Assembly: GCA_016186995.1 (NCBI GenBank)
Contig: JACPKQ010000016.1
Coordinates: forward strand, 5,627 to 69,626
Direction: 5' to 3'
Source of the DNA: Deltaproteobacteria bacterium
Lineage (GTDB): Bacteria; Bdellovibrionota; JACOXK01
Length of the DNA stretch: 64,000 nt
Shown here: positions 36,302-46,196 of the stretch, piece after piece
Layout of the letters: each line of letters begins with the position of its first letter
How positions within the stretch are numbered: position 1 is the first letter of the stretch
The notes under the pieces: model-generated
What the model saw: only the letters and a program-made list of their open reading frames with translations
Told to the model about the DNA's origin: nothing
Databases searched by the model: none
Translations under genes and position numbers: made by a program

Positions 36302-37909
36302 ATGGATTTATTGTTAAAACATTTTTTAAGCATTACTATTTTCTTACCGGCCCTTTTTGGCCTTTTTCTTTTTTTTATACCTCAAAGTAAAACAAGGTTT
36401 TTAAAATTTGTTTCTTTAAACGGAAGTATTCTTACCTTTTTAATGACCCTTGGCATTTTGTGTTATTTTACAGGAACGGCTGAAGTACAATTTGTTGAAA
36501 AATATTCCTGGATACCTCTTTTTGGGGTTTCTTATTTTATTGGTATCGATGGTTTAAGCCTTTATCTTTTTATTCTTACAAGTTTTTTGACACCCCTTGT
36601 TCTTCTTTATGTATCTCCTGAAGAAAAAAAGCTAAAACCCTTTTTGATTCTTATTTTATTTTTAGAAACGGCTATGCTCGGTACTTTTGCAGCGCTTGAC
36701 CTTATTCTTTTCTACATTTTTTGGGAGGCCATGCTCATCCCCATGTATTTTATGATTGGAGTGTGGGGTGGGGAAGAAAGGCTGTACGCAACGATCAAGT
36801 TTTTGCTTTATACCATTCTAGGAAGCTTCTTAATGTTAGTTGCCTTGATTGCACTTGTGATGATTCACCATTCAACAACAGGTGTTTTTACAACAAATCT
36901 TTTAAAACTTTATGGCACACCATTAGGCTCTTTAGAAATGTGGTTGTTTTTAGGATTTGCTCTTGCCTTTCTTATTAAAGTGCCCCTTTTTCCTTTTCAT
37001 ACATGGTTGCCTGATGCACACGTTCAGGCTCCCACAGAAGGAAGCGTCATTTTAGCAGGGATTTTACTTAAAATGGGTATGTATGGACTTTTTCGTTTTG
37101 CTTTGCCTTTATTCCCTCAAGCAAGCATGGCGGTGACACCTTATGTTGTTACCCTTGCGCTTATAGGAATTATTTATGGTGCTTTTCTGGCCTGGGCTCA
37201 AAAAGATCTTAAAAAACTTGTGGCCTATTCAAGTGTCAGTCACTTAGGTTATGCAGTGCTAGGGCTTTTTGTTTTAAACCATACAGGGGTTACAGGAAGC
37301 TTAGTTCAAAATATCTCTCACGGGCTTGCCACAGGGGCACTCTTTTTTATTGTTGGAATGATTTACAAACGTACTCACACAAAGAAAATTGAAGAATTGG
37401 GTGGGCTTGCAAGTTCATGTCCTAAACTTTTCTTTTTCTTTCTCATTGCAACATTGGCAAGTATTGGTTTACCCCTTACAAGTGGTTTTGTAGGTGAGAT
37501 CCTTTGTCTTTTTGGAGCTTTCCAAGAATATGGCGTACAGGGTTTTGCGTGGGGTGGGGAAACTTTGATCAACATAAGAAATATTATTTTTGGAACAGTG
37601 GGCATTCTTGGCGTACTTATGGGTGCTATCTACATGCTTAATATGTTTCAAAAAGTAATGTTTGGAAAACCAAAATTTGAAGATTTGAAAGATCTTGAAT
37701 GGAAAGAGGTTTTAGTTTTAACACCTTTAATTATTATGATTTTCTCAATTGGGGTGTACCCAAAATTGCTCACAAACAAGATGGAAAATTCTATCGATCA
37801 TCTTGTTAAAAACGTTTATAAATATTCGTTAACAACTTTGTCATTCCCACCCGAAGCTCTCGGCACAAGCGGGAACCCAGAAAGCGAAGCTACCTCTAAA
37901 AAGGATTAA
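36302..37909 (+). CDS. nuoM: NADH-quinone oxidoreductase subunit M (cluster 2) with repeat-encoded C-terminal tail
   Basis: FPFHTWLPDAHVQAPTEGSVILAGILLKMGMYGLFR. The last ~23 aa (LSFPPEALGTSGNPESEATSKKD) are encoded by palindromic element 37839..37894 and are absent from the cluster-1 NuoM. Confidence 0.85.
   Translation: MDLLLKHFLSITIFLPALFGLFLFFIPQSKTRFLKFVSLNGSILTFLMTLGILCYFTGTAEVQFVEKYSWIPLFGVSYFIGIDGLSLYLFILTSFLTPLVLLYVSPEEKKLKPFLILILFLETAMLGTFAALDLILFYIFWEAMLIPMYFMIGVWGGEERLYATIKFLLYTILGSFLMLVALIALVMIHHSTTGVFTTNLLKLYGTPLGSLEMWLFLGFALAFLIKVPLFPFHTWLPDAHVQAPTEGSVILAGILLKMGMYGLFRFALPLFPQASMAVTPYVVTLALIGIIYGAFLAWAQKDLKKLVAYSSVSHLGYAVLGLFVLNHTGVTGSLVQNISHGLATGALFFIVGMIYKRTHTKKIEELGGLASSCPKLFFFFLIATLASIGLPLTSGFVGEILCLFGAFQEYGVQGFAWGGETLINIRNIIFGTVGILGVLMGAIYMLNMFQKVMFGKPKFEDLKDLEWKEVLVLTPLIIMIFSIGVYPKLLTNKMENSIDHLVKNVYKYSLTTLSFPPEALGTSGNPESEATSKKD
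37839..37894. repeat. palindromic element (inverse orientation copy of the 1835..1893 family) forming the 3' end of nuoM-2
   Basis: tgtcattcccacccgaagctctcggcacaagcgggaacccagaaagcgaagctacc aligns at roughly 75% identity (by eye) to the reverse complement of 1835..1893. Confidence 0.7.
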
Positions 37910-37910
37910 A

Positions 37911-39326
37911 ATGGTAGAAACAAGTTTAAAATTGATGCCACTTCTTGCTCTTGCAGGTGGATCTTTTTTAGTTTTACTTTACGAAGTTTTTTCAAAAAAA
38001 TTAAAATCCTATTCTTTTTTTCTTTCACTTCTTATTCTTGGTATAAGCGGTTATTATATAATAACTCTTTTTGGAAGCGGTGAAATCACTCTTTTTGAAG
38101 GATTTCTCACCCTTAATAATTACTGGCTTTTTGTAGCAGGCCTTATTGTTTTTGTAAGTTTCTTTACCCTTCTTCTTTCTTACCCTTACAAAGGTCTTAA
38201 AAATGAATACTACTTTCTTATTTTAATAGCAGCGCTTGGCATGAGTCTTATCCCTGCAACATGGAATTTTTTGACTCTCTTTTTAGGAGTAGAACTTCTT
38301 TCTCTTTGTTTTTATATTCTTGTAACATACCAAACCAGTAATTTGAGAGCCAATGAAGCAGCTCTTAAATATTTTATATTGGGCGCTTTTGCAGCTGGTT
38401 TTTTTGTTTTTGGAATTGCTCTTATTTATGCAGCGACAGGCTCTTTCTCAATGAAAGATACATCTTCTATACTTCTTACCCCGGAAGTAAATATGACTTA
38501 CCTCACAATAGGGATTGCTTTTATAATTGTGGCTTTAGGTTTTAAAATAGCATCTGCTCCTTTTCACATGTGGACACCTGATGCCTATGAAGGAGCTCCA
38601 ACACCCATTACTTCTTTTATGGCAACAGGGGTTAAAGTTGCTGCCTTTGCAGCTCTTTATCAGATCTTTTTTGTTTACTTGGCTCCGCTTAAAACACATT
38701 GGGAGTTTGTCTTTTATGCTTTGTGTATTTTAACCATGTTTGTTGGAAATTTAGGGGCTCTTATTCAAAAAAATGTGAAAAGACTTTTAGCTTATTCTTC
38801 TATTGCTCATGCAGGTTATCTCCTCATTCCTTTTGTAAGCTATACTTTTAATACAAAAATAGAGGCATCCACTTCTCTTTTTTATTATTTAGTTATTTAC
38901 TGCATTATGAACATCGGTGCTTTTGCAATTGTTATTGCTTTAGGTCAAGAAGACATAGATGATTATGCAGGGCTTAGCTCCAAAAAACCTTTGACCGCTT
39001 TAGTTTTTTCGCTTTTTCTTCTTTCTTTAGCAGGTTTTCCACCCACAGCAGGATTTTTAGCTAAGTTTTTTATTTTTGCTGCAGCTCTTCAAACAAAATT
39101 TTATTGGCTCGTTGTTTTAGCTGTTATTAACGCTTTTATAGCCATTTATTACTACACAAAAATTATTGTCACTATGTATATGAAAGAATCTGAAGTATCC
39201 GAGACAAAAACATCTTTTCACCCTTTACTTATTGTGACTCTTGTTATTATGGCAGCACTCACACTTTACCTAGGCATAAAACCAGATCTTCTTTTAAATT
39301 TAATCAAAAACTCTTTGTTTTTTTAA
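37911..39326 (+). CDS. nuoN: NADH-quinone oxidoreductase subunit N (cluster 2)
   Basis: APFHMWTPDAYEGAPTPITSFMATGVKVAAFAALYQ. Confidence 0.85.
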   Translation: MVETSLKLMPLLALAGGSFLVLLYEVFSKKLKSYSFFLSLLILGISGYYIITLFGSGEITLFEGFLTLNNYWLFVAGLIVFVSFFTLLLSYPYKGLKNEYYFLILIAALGMSLIPATWNFLTLFLGVELLSLCFYILVTYQTSNLRANEAALKYFILGAFAAGFFVFGIALIYAATGSFSMKDTSSILLTPEVNMTYLTIGIAFIIVALGFKIASAPFHMWTPDAYEGAPTPITSFMATGVKVAAFAALYQIFFVYLAPLKTHWEFVFYALCILTMFVGNLGALIQKNVKRLLAYSSIAHAGYLLIPFVSYTFNTKIEASTSLFYYLVIYCIMNIGAFAIVIALGQEDIDDYAGLSSKKPLTALVFSLFLLSLAGFPPTAGFLAKFFIFAAALQTKFYWLVVLAVINAFIAIYYYTKIIVTMYMKESEVSETKTSFHPLLIVTLVIMAALTLYLGIKPDLLLNLIKNSLFF

Positions 39327-39355
39327 TGTGGTTGGCTCTCAAAGCGGCTGGCACA

Positions 39356-39667
39356 TTAATAAGTTTTTTTAAAGCTTCTGAGCTTGACGTAGCCTGCAAC
39401 AACTTTTTCTGGATTAAGCCCAATATATTTGGAATACTGTCTTAAAAACCCTTTAAGATAAACAAGGGCAGGAAATACATCTAAATCTTCCTCTTCAATA
39501 GCTCTTAAATAGTTTTTCCCAACTCGAGTTTTATCTGCAATTTCATCTAACGAAATCTTTCGAAACTCTCTTACTTGTCTTAAAAACTCACCTGTAAAGA
39601 ACTCTTTTTGATTCATTTCACTTTCAAAAGAATGAACACTTTGTTCTGAAGTCAGTTCTTCACTCAT
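39356..39667 (-). CDS. helix-turn-helix protein, RodZ N-terminal-like
   Basis: LRQVREFRKISLDEIADKTRVGKNYLRAIEEED is an XRE-type HTH as found in the RodZ N-terminus. Short (103 aa), with no transmembrane segment. Confidence 0.5.
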   Translation of the reverse strand: MSEELTSEQSVHSFESEMNQKEFFTGEFLRQVREFRKISLDEIADKTRVGKNYLRAIEEEDLDVFPALVYLKGFLRQYSKYIGLNPEKVVAGYVKLRSFKKTY

Positions 39668-39755
39668 AATGACGAAACACTAATCAAACGTGTTGTTTAA
39701 GTCAATCAAACAGGCCTTTTGACAATGGCATAAAACATAACTAAAAACTCATCTC

Positions 39756-40592
39756 ATGCCAAAAGTTTCTATTATTATTCCTACTCACAACCGAGCACTT
39801 TTTGTAAAAGAAGCTATTCAATCTATCCTCTGTCAAACCTTTCAAGATTTTGAACTCATTGTTGTTGATGATGGCTCTCATGATCATACTTTTGAGACAC
39901 TTCATACCTTTAAAGACAAAATGATTTATCATTACCAAAAAAACAAAGGTGTCAGTGCTGCAAGAAATAAGGGTATTTCTCTAGCTAAAGGCGACTGGGT
40001 TTGTTTTCTTGATTCTGATGATCTTTGGACAAAGGAGAAACTTCAAATACAACTTAAAGAAACTGAAAACAGTGGTTTTCTTGTTTCTTACACAGAAGAA
40101 ATCTGGCATCGAAAAGGAAAAAGAGTCAATCCTAAAGATAAACATCAAAAGTTTTCTGGCTATATTTATGAAAAATGCCTTCCTCTTTGCATTATTAGCT
40201 CTTCTTCGGTCATGATTCATAAATCTGTTTTTGGAAAGGCGGGGTTTTTTGATGAAAGCCTCCCCGCCTGCGAAGATTATGATTTATGGCTTAGAATTTC
40301 AGCACATTTCCCTATACATCTTATTCGGAAACCACTCATTATCAAAAGAAATGGTCATGAAGAACAACTTTCTCAAAAATATTGGGGATTAGACCGCTTT
40401 CGCATTCTAGCATTGGAAAAAATGCTTTTATCTCACAAGATCTCTTCTTATGAAAAAAAGAAAACCCTTGAAGAGCTCTATTGTAAAAGTCGCATTTTTG
40501 CCCAGGGTGCCCTTAAGAGGAAAAAAATCTTAGAAGGGGCCCATTATTATCAAAAAACTCTTAAAGCTCAGTTTAAGCTGACTTTTACTTGA
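39756..40592 (+). CDS. family-2 glycosyltransferase
   Basis: MPKVSIIIPTHNRALFVKEAIQSI...VVDDGSHD...DSDD has the GT-A fold DxD motifs. Confidence 0.75.
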   Translation: MPKVSIIIPTHNRALFVKEAIQSILCQTFQDFELIVVDDGSHDHTFETLHTFKDKMIYHYQKNKGVSAARNKGISLAKGDWVCFLDSDDLWTKEKLQIQLKETENSGFLVSYTEEIWHRKGKRVNPKDKHQKFSGYIYEKCLPLCIISSSSVMIHKSVFGKAGFFDESLPACEDYDLWLRISAHFPIHLIRKPLIIKRNGHEEQLSQKYWGLDRFRILALEKMLLSHKISSYEKKKTLEELYCKSRIFAQGALKRKKILEGAHYYQKTLKAQFKLTFT

Positions 40593-40625
40593 GCGTTCTA
40601 TCGCAACGTTGTAGAGTGAAGGTAT

Positions 40626-41639
40626 ATGGCTCTTATTTCGAAAAAGATTACAATAGGTTGTGATATTGGTGCTCACTCTATTAAATGGGCAGAAGTTCAA
40701 CAAAAGGGTTCAGAATACCGCCTTCTTTCTTTTTATGAAAAACCCCTTCCTCATAATGCAATAGTCAATGGCAAAATTAGAGATTTTGCAGCCGTTGCCA
40801 AAAGTCTTAAAGAAATCGTCAAAAAATCAAAAAAACCCAAAAAAATATGTATTTCTATTCAAGGCTCTCAAGTTGTTACTAAAAAAATTCAGGTTCCAAG
40901 CTTCACACGTGAAGAAAGCACACCTTGCATTGAATGGGAAATCGAACAATACATTCCTTTTGATAAAGAAGGTGTCTACCTTGATTATTATAAATTAGGA
41001 GATTCTCATGTTGTTTTTGTCGCGGCCGAAAAAAATCTGGTAGATACTTACACACAGTTTTTAACAGATCTTGAAACCCCTGTAGATACCGTTGAAACAA
41101 ATTGTATGGCATTAGAAAAAATCTGGAAAACAAACTATCCAGAAGATTTTGATAAAACAGCAGCTATCATTTCACTTGGGGCAAGCTATTCAGAGCTTTC
41201 TATCTTTCAAAACCACCATTTACATTGGAATTATCCCATATTTTCAAATGGAAGTACGCTCACCCACATGATTCAAAAAAAACTTAAACTGACTTTTGAA
41301 GAGGCTGAAAATCTCAAACAAGGTGCCCAAGATAAAGCTCCAAAAGAAATAGATGATGTGATTTTTGAATATTTGGATGAAATGGGAGAAGAGGTTTTAA
41401 AAGCTTTAAAAACATTTATATCTTTTGAGCCTTCTGTATCTTTAGATAAAATATACATTACAGGCGGGGTTTCAAAAATGGGGGATTTAGTTTCTCGATT
41501 GAGTGAAAAATGTGGCTTTCAACTTATACCTTTAGAAATTTTCAAAAATATCAAAAAACACAAAAAGCTTAACATTAAATCACTTAACAGTGTGGAGAAA
41601 CAAGCAGCGATAGCTGTAGGGTTGGCCCTAAGAACATAA
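40626..41639 (+). CDS. pilM: type IV pilus assembly protein PilM (actin-like ATPase fold)
   Basis: ITIGCDIGAHSIKWAEV N-terminus, ~340 aa, followed by pilNOPQ. Confidence 0.75.
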   Translation: MALISKKITIGCDIGAHSIKWAEVQQKGSEYRLLSFYEKPLPHNAIVNGKIRDFAAVAKSLKEIVKKSKKPKKICISIQGSQVVTKKIQVPSFTREESTPCIEWEIEQYIPFDKEGVYLDYYKLGDSHVVFVAAEKNLVDTYTQFLTDLETPVDTVETNCMALEKIWKTNYPEDFDKTAAIISLGASYSELSIFQNHHLHWNYPIFSNGSTLTHMIQKKLKLTFEEAENLKQGAQDKAPKEIDDVIFEYLDEMGEEVLKALKTFISFEPSVSLDKIYITGGVSKMGDLVSRLSEKCGFQLIPLEIFKNIKKHKKLNIKSLNSVEKQAAIAVGLALRT

Positions 41640-42169
41640 TGCCACAACTCAATCTTTATAAAAAAGCCCCTTCTCAAAGTACCCTTAAATTTTGGCTTAT
41701 CTTATGTCTGTGTCTTTTAGGAGAAACTCTTTTATTTATTTATCTTACAAGCCTTCAAGATAGTAGGGTGGCTTCACTTCAAGAACAACATGAAACGTTT
41801 GCCAAAAATGAACAAAGGCTTGCTAATAAACTTGAAATTGAGCGAAAAAAACTTCTTTCAAAAGTACCGCCGCCTATTCAGAAAATTTCAATGCAAGAAG
41901 TTATTGAGAGCAAAAAAAGATCTATTGAGCTTCTTCAAAAAGTAACAATAACTCTTCCACGCCAAGCCTGGCTTGAGAAAATTGAAGAGGAAAGTGATCA
42001 CTTTAAAATAGTTGGGTTTGCACTTAATCACGAGATGATTTCAAACTATATTGATAATCTTGAAAAAACAAACGAGTTTTATGAAATTAATTTACTTTAT
42101 TCAGAAAAACAAATAAAAACACGTATTCATAAATTCGCTATAACGTGTTTTTATAAAAAAAGAACATGA
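41639..42169 (+). CDS. pilN: type IV pilus assembly protein PilN
   Basis: Single N-terminal transmembrane helix, coiled coil, ~175 aa; position between pilM and pilO. Confidence 0.6.
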   Translation: MPQLNLYKKAPSQSTLKFWLILCLCLLGETLLFIYLTSLQDSRVASLQEQHETFAKNEQRLANKLEIERKKLLSKVPPPIQKISMQEVIESKKRSIELLQKVTITLPRQAWLEKIEEESDHFKIVGFALNHEMISNYIDNLEKTNEFYEINLLYSEKQIKTRIHKFAITCFYKKRT

Positions 42170-42696
42170 ATCAAAGTTTAAAACAAAAGTTGATTGTTGT
42201 GCTTTGTATTTGCTTTCTAGCACTGATCTATTTTTCGCTTATTTATTCACCAACACAGGATGTACAACTGACTTTAGAATCAAACATTAAAAAACTTGAT
42301 GGGCTTACCACCCAACACAAAAAAGAATTGGAAGAGCTTGAAAAACGTGTTTCTTTGCCCTCTGACAAAAAAGATATGGATTCTACCATTTCTCATGCTT
42401 TACCTAACAAAGTTGAAGTCGCAAGCTTTCTTAAAGACATTTCAAAAATAGGACAAAGTCTTAAAATTCAATTTTTAGAATTTAGACCCCAAGAAAAAGT
42501 TCAAAAAACTAATTATATTCTCATTCCTTTTCATGTTAAAATTCAAGGCAAGTTTCCACAAGTACTTGGATTCTTTGACAAAATTACCGACACTGATAAA
42601 CTGATTACAGTAAGTGGGTTAAAGTTAACGTTGGCAGAAAAAGATGCATCGTTAGTTAAAGCAGATGCTGTTATAACAACGTTTCAAAGATTCTAA
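42166..42696 (+). CDS. pilO: type IV pilus assembly protein PilO
   Basis: N-terminal transmembrane helix plus coiled coil, 176 aa; synteny. Confidence 0.6.
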   Translation: MNQSLKQKLIVVLCICFLALIYFSLIYSPTQDVQLTLESNIKKLDGLTTQHKKELEELEKRVSLPSDKKDMDSTISHALPNKVEVASFLKDISKIGQSLKIQFLEFRPQEKVQKTNYILIPFHVKIQGKFPQVLGFFDKITDTDKLITVSGLKLTLAEKDASLVKADAVITTFQRF

Positions 42697-42733
42697 CCCT
42701 TCACTTTGTTCAGGGTGACAGGGGCAGAGGGCA

Positions 42734-43084
42734 ATGAAAAAAAAACTTATCTGTTTATCGGTTGCCTTTGTTATTTGTGGCACATCTTTTGCTGTCACCC
42801 AAAACACGCATCGGAATCCTTTTGAACCCATACACGTGAGTCAAAAAAGAAAAAAAAGTTTAAATACTCTCGATCTTTCCTCATTTAAAATACGTGGTCT
42901 CATCACAAACCACAGTGCAGTTCTCGAAGCACAAGGTGCAAGTTTCATAGTCATCGTTGGGTCTAAGATTGGCTATCAAGGTGCTGAGATCATAGCTATT
43001 AAGGACGATCACCTTGTGTTAAAGTTAAATTATAAAAATAAGGACGATCAATGGTTCCGAAAAACGTGGAAATGGTCTATTTAA
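42734..43084 (+). CDS. pilP: PilP-like lipoprotein
   Basis: Signal peptide; small beta-rich protein immediately before the secretin. Confidence 0.45.
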   Translation: MKKKLICLSVAFVICGTSFAVTQNTHRNPFEPIHVSQKRKKSLNTLDLSSFKIRGLITNHSAVLEAQGASFIVIVGSKIGYQGAEIIAIKDDHLVLKLNYKNKDDQWFRKTWKWSI

Positions 43085-45012
43085 AGAGATGTTTTGTGGT
43101 TTTGTTTGTTTTACTGTTTGTCTCCCATTGTTCAACGGTAAAACCAAGAAGACCTGAGTTTGCCATTGTTAAACAAATTGAAATCATTGATAAACAAACT
43201 TCTGCTCATGTGGGCATTTTTATTCCAAAAATACAGGACAAATCCGTCACCTACCAAGTTATTAAAGATGATACAGATCCTAATAATCCACCCACCATTA
43301 TCTTAAGTCTTAAAAATGTAGATGTTGCTAATACACCTGTACCTGCAACAAATGATATTAGAACCAATGCTATTCATAAAATTACAACTCGCTATGAAGA
43401 TGTAGCAGAATCCACGCGTGGATTTATCCACATTGCTTTAACAAACGATTACCCTTACCAAGTTATGGAAAAGCCTTTTGGTTATGAAATCAAAATTTTA
43501 AAAGACAAACCTCCTTTAGAGAAGTTTCTTAAAAAAACTGAGGAAAAGACTGAAAAAGCAGAAAAACCTGCAACCCCAGAGCAACCGGAAGCTACACCCA
43601 CAGAAGAACCCCTTGTCGAATCTGAAACAACACCCACAAAAGAAGAAACTCCACAAGAAACACCCTCCTTCGAAAGTTCAGGCCCCATTGAGATTAAAGG
43701 TGCTCTCTTTCAAGGAAATAGCCTTATTATTGAAGCTACCAACTCCATTCAAGAAGCTACTTTAAGCCTTTCTTCCCCACGAGAATATATTTTGAAACTT
43801 CCTAACTCGAGCATAAACTCTGCGACACTTAATTATCTTAAATCTATTAAGGGTAAATTTAATGATGCTATCCAATCCATACAAACACTTTCAATAAACA
43901 ACAATGAAATCTCGATTGCGATTCGAGTGAAAAAAGATGTTTACCCTGTACTTAAGCATACTACAGGAAAAACACTTATTCTTTTTAAAGAACTCCACGC
44001 ACCCTTAGACGATTTTGGAAGTTATCTTGATATTAAAGAAGAAATTTCACAAAAAAAAATAACACTAAACTTAAAAGATATAAAAATTTACGATGCTCTT
44101 AAACTTTTAGCCTCTTACACAGATCTTAACTTTGTACTTGATAAAAACATTGAGGGCCGTACAAATTTAAAACTAAAAGATGTCTCTTGGGATGCAGCTT
44201 TTACTATGCTTCTTCAATCTGAAAGACTTGGTTTTGTAAGAGAAAAAGGGAACATTATACGCGTTGCTAGTCTTTTATCCCTCATAAAAGAAAAAGAATT
44301 AGCCTATCGTGCCCATGCCGCACAAGCTGCTTTACAAGAAAAAGAAGCTGCTGTGTTTCCTCTCTCCTACATTGAGGTCTCACAGTTTAAAGGAAAAGTT
44401 GAAGGCTTTTTAAGTGAACAAGGAAATCTTATTATTGATGAATCTTCAAATACCCTCATGGTTTATGACCATCCAAGCCGTATTCAAAAAATTTATGAGC
44501 TTCTTTCTAATGCTGATTTTAAAAGAGCCCACGTTATTCTTAAAGCAGAGATCGTAGAAGCCTCTTCTGAATTTCACAAAGAAATACAAGAACACCTTGA
44601 TAAAGCTATAGAAGTAATGGAAAATTCTCAATTTCAAGGAAACGTCAAAAACTACTACAACCTTGAAGAGTTTTTAAAACGTGCTGAGGCCGACCATAAA
44701 ATCAGCCGGGTTTCCTTTCCTGAGCTTTCTGCATTAGATAGAAAAAACACATCTGTTTCTGCAACTGTTAAAACAGAAAACAAAAATACTGTTTTTAAAC
44801 TTTCGGTTTTACCAAGAATTATTGAAAACGATGATATTCTTTTAGAAGTAAAGTTTGAAAAAGAACATCCACTTTCTGATAAAAGTGAAGTTTTTATTAA
44901 TGCCCAAACTCACCTTCTTACTAAAAATAATAACACCTCTGTTGTGGGAGGTTTTACAACCTCAGGAAAAGAATTTTTTATCTTGATTACCCCTACTATC
45001 AAGAATATTTAG
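43051..45012 (+). CDS. pilQ: type IV pilus secretin PilQ-like, compact C-terminal secretin domain
   Basis: Lipoprotein-like start (VLFVLLFVSHCS), Pro/Glu/Thr-rich linker, and N0/N1-type domain (VFPLSYIEVSQFKGKVEGFLSEQGNLIIDESSNTLMVYDH...). The secretin-type VILKAEIVEASSEF and the terminal FILITPTI are present. Confidence 0.6.
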   Translation: MVPKNVEMVYLKRCFVVLFVLLFVSHCSTVKPRRPEFAIVKQIEIIDKQTSAHVGIFIPKIQDKSVTYQVIKDDTDPNNPPTIILSLKNVDVANTPVPATNDIRTNAIHKITTRYEDVAESTRGFIHIALTNDYPYQVMEKPFGYEIKILKDKPPLEKFLKKTEEKTEKAEKPATPEQPEATPTEEPLVESETTPTKEETPQETPSFESSGPIEIKGALFQGNSLIIEATNSIQEATLSLSSPREYILKLPNSSINSATLNYLKSIKGKFNDAIQSIQTLSINNNEISIAIRVKKDVYPVLKHTTGKTLILFKELHAPLDDFGSYLDIKEEISQKKITLNLKDIKIYDALKLLASYTDLNFVLDKNIEGRTNLKLKDVSWDAAFTMLLQSERLGFVREKGNIIRVASLLSLIKEKELAYRAHAAQAALQEKEAAVFPLSYIEVSQFKGKVEGFLSEQGNLIIDESSNTLMVYDHPSRIQKIYELLSNADFKRAHVILKAEIVEASSEFHKEIQEHLDKAIEVMENSQFQGNVKNYYNLEEFLKRAEADHKISRVSFPELSALDRKNTSVSATVKTENKNTVFKLSVLPRIIENDDILLEVKFEKEHPLSDKSEVFINAQTHLLTKNNNTSVVGGFTTSGKEFFILITPTIKNI

Positions 45013-45083
45013 GTTATCCCATGAACCTCATCATTGGCATACACCTCATTGACGCATGAGTTTTATTCTTCTATTCGTAAGGA

Positions 45084-46196
45084 ATGATTCGTTATTTAAC
45101 GGCTGGAGAATCTCACGGTGTGGGTTACACACTCATCATCGATGGTTTTCCAGCAGGGTTTAAAATTGATTTTAACCATCTTCAAAGTTTTTTAAACAAA
45201 AGACAAAATTTCTTTGGAAGAAGCACCAGAAGTTGTTGGGAGGAAAATCTTTTTAGAATTCTCTCAGGCGTTTCTGAAGGTGTCACAACAGGAGCTCCAC
45301 TTAGTTTTTTTATTGAAAATAATAGTAAATCTCAAAAAAAACCTTTTAAAGATCATCTTAAAACTCCACGGCCAGGTCATGCAGATTTAGCTGGCATGCT
45401 CAAGTTTGATCATAAAAATGTTGAATTAGTATGGGAACGAGCCAGTGGAAGAGAAACCGTTGTAAGAACTTTGTGTGGTGCACTCTCACTTCAATTTTTA
45501 AAAGAATTTGAAATAGACTCTCTTTCTCATGTTACAAACATTGGAGGCGTTAAAACTCCACCTTCAAAAAATACTTTTTCTTCACTTAAAAATGCACTTT
45601 CTTCTTCGAATTTGCTTTGTTCTGATTCAGAAATAGAAGAATTGATGAAAGAAAAAATAAAATCAGCAGAAAAAGAAAAAACAAGCTTGGGGGGAATTTT
45701 TGAATTAAGAATGACGCATTTACCTATTGGGCTTGGTTCTTATACCCAGTGGGATCAAAAACTAGATGCCTTGATTGCGCATGATCTTATGAGCATTCAA
45801 GGTATTAAAGGTGTTCAATTTGGGATTGGGTTTCTTTATGGAGAAACACCTGGTCACCAGGCTCATGATGAAATCATAAGCACTACACAAAGAAAAACAA
45901 ATAATGCAGGTGGTATCGAGGGGGGCATGACAAACGGGGAAGAAATAATAGTTTCTTGTACTGTAAAACCACCGGCAACACTTTTAAAACCTCTTTCTTC
46001 AATCGATGTAGATACCCAGGAAAAAACTAAAGCGTTTGTAAGCCGAAGTGATGTGTGCTTTGTTCCTTCTGCTGCCGTTGTAGGAGAGGCTGTTTTAGGA
46101 ATTCAAATATTAAACGCTTTTCTTAAAAAATTTGGGGGTGATTCTCTATCACAAACAAAAAAACATTATGAAACTTATTGCAAACAAATTAAGTAA
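45084..46196 (+). CDS. aroC: chorismate synthase
   Basis: MIRYLTAGESHGVGYTLIIDGFPAG...RPGHADLAG... are chorismate synthase signatures. Confidence 0.85.
   Translation: MIRYLTAGESHGVGYTLIIDGFPAGFKIDFNHLQSFLNKRQNFFGRSTRSCWEENLFRILSGVSEGVTTGAPLSFFIENNSKSQKKPFKDHLKTPRPGHADLAGMLKFDHKNVELVWERASGRETVVRTLCGALSLQFLKEFEIDSLSHVTNIGGVKTPPSKNTFSSLKNALSSSNLLCSDSEIEELMKEKIKSAEKEKTSLGGIFELRMTHLPIGLGSYTQWDQKLDALIAHDLMSIQGIKGVQFGIGFLYGETPGHQAHDEIISTTQRKTNNAGGIEGGMTNGEEIIVSCTVKPPATLLKPLSSIDVDTQEKTKAFVSRSDVCFVPSAAVVGEAVLGIQILNAFLKKFGGDSLSQTKKHYETYCKQIK

Noticed and set aside
37375-37651. Minus-strand ORFs inside nuoM-2
   Set aside because: Antisense to a strongly supported conserved gene; no motifs.
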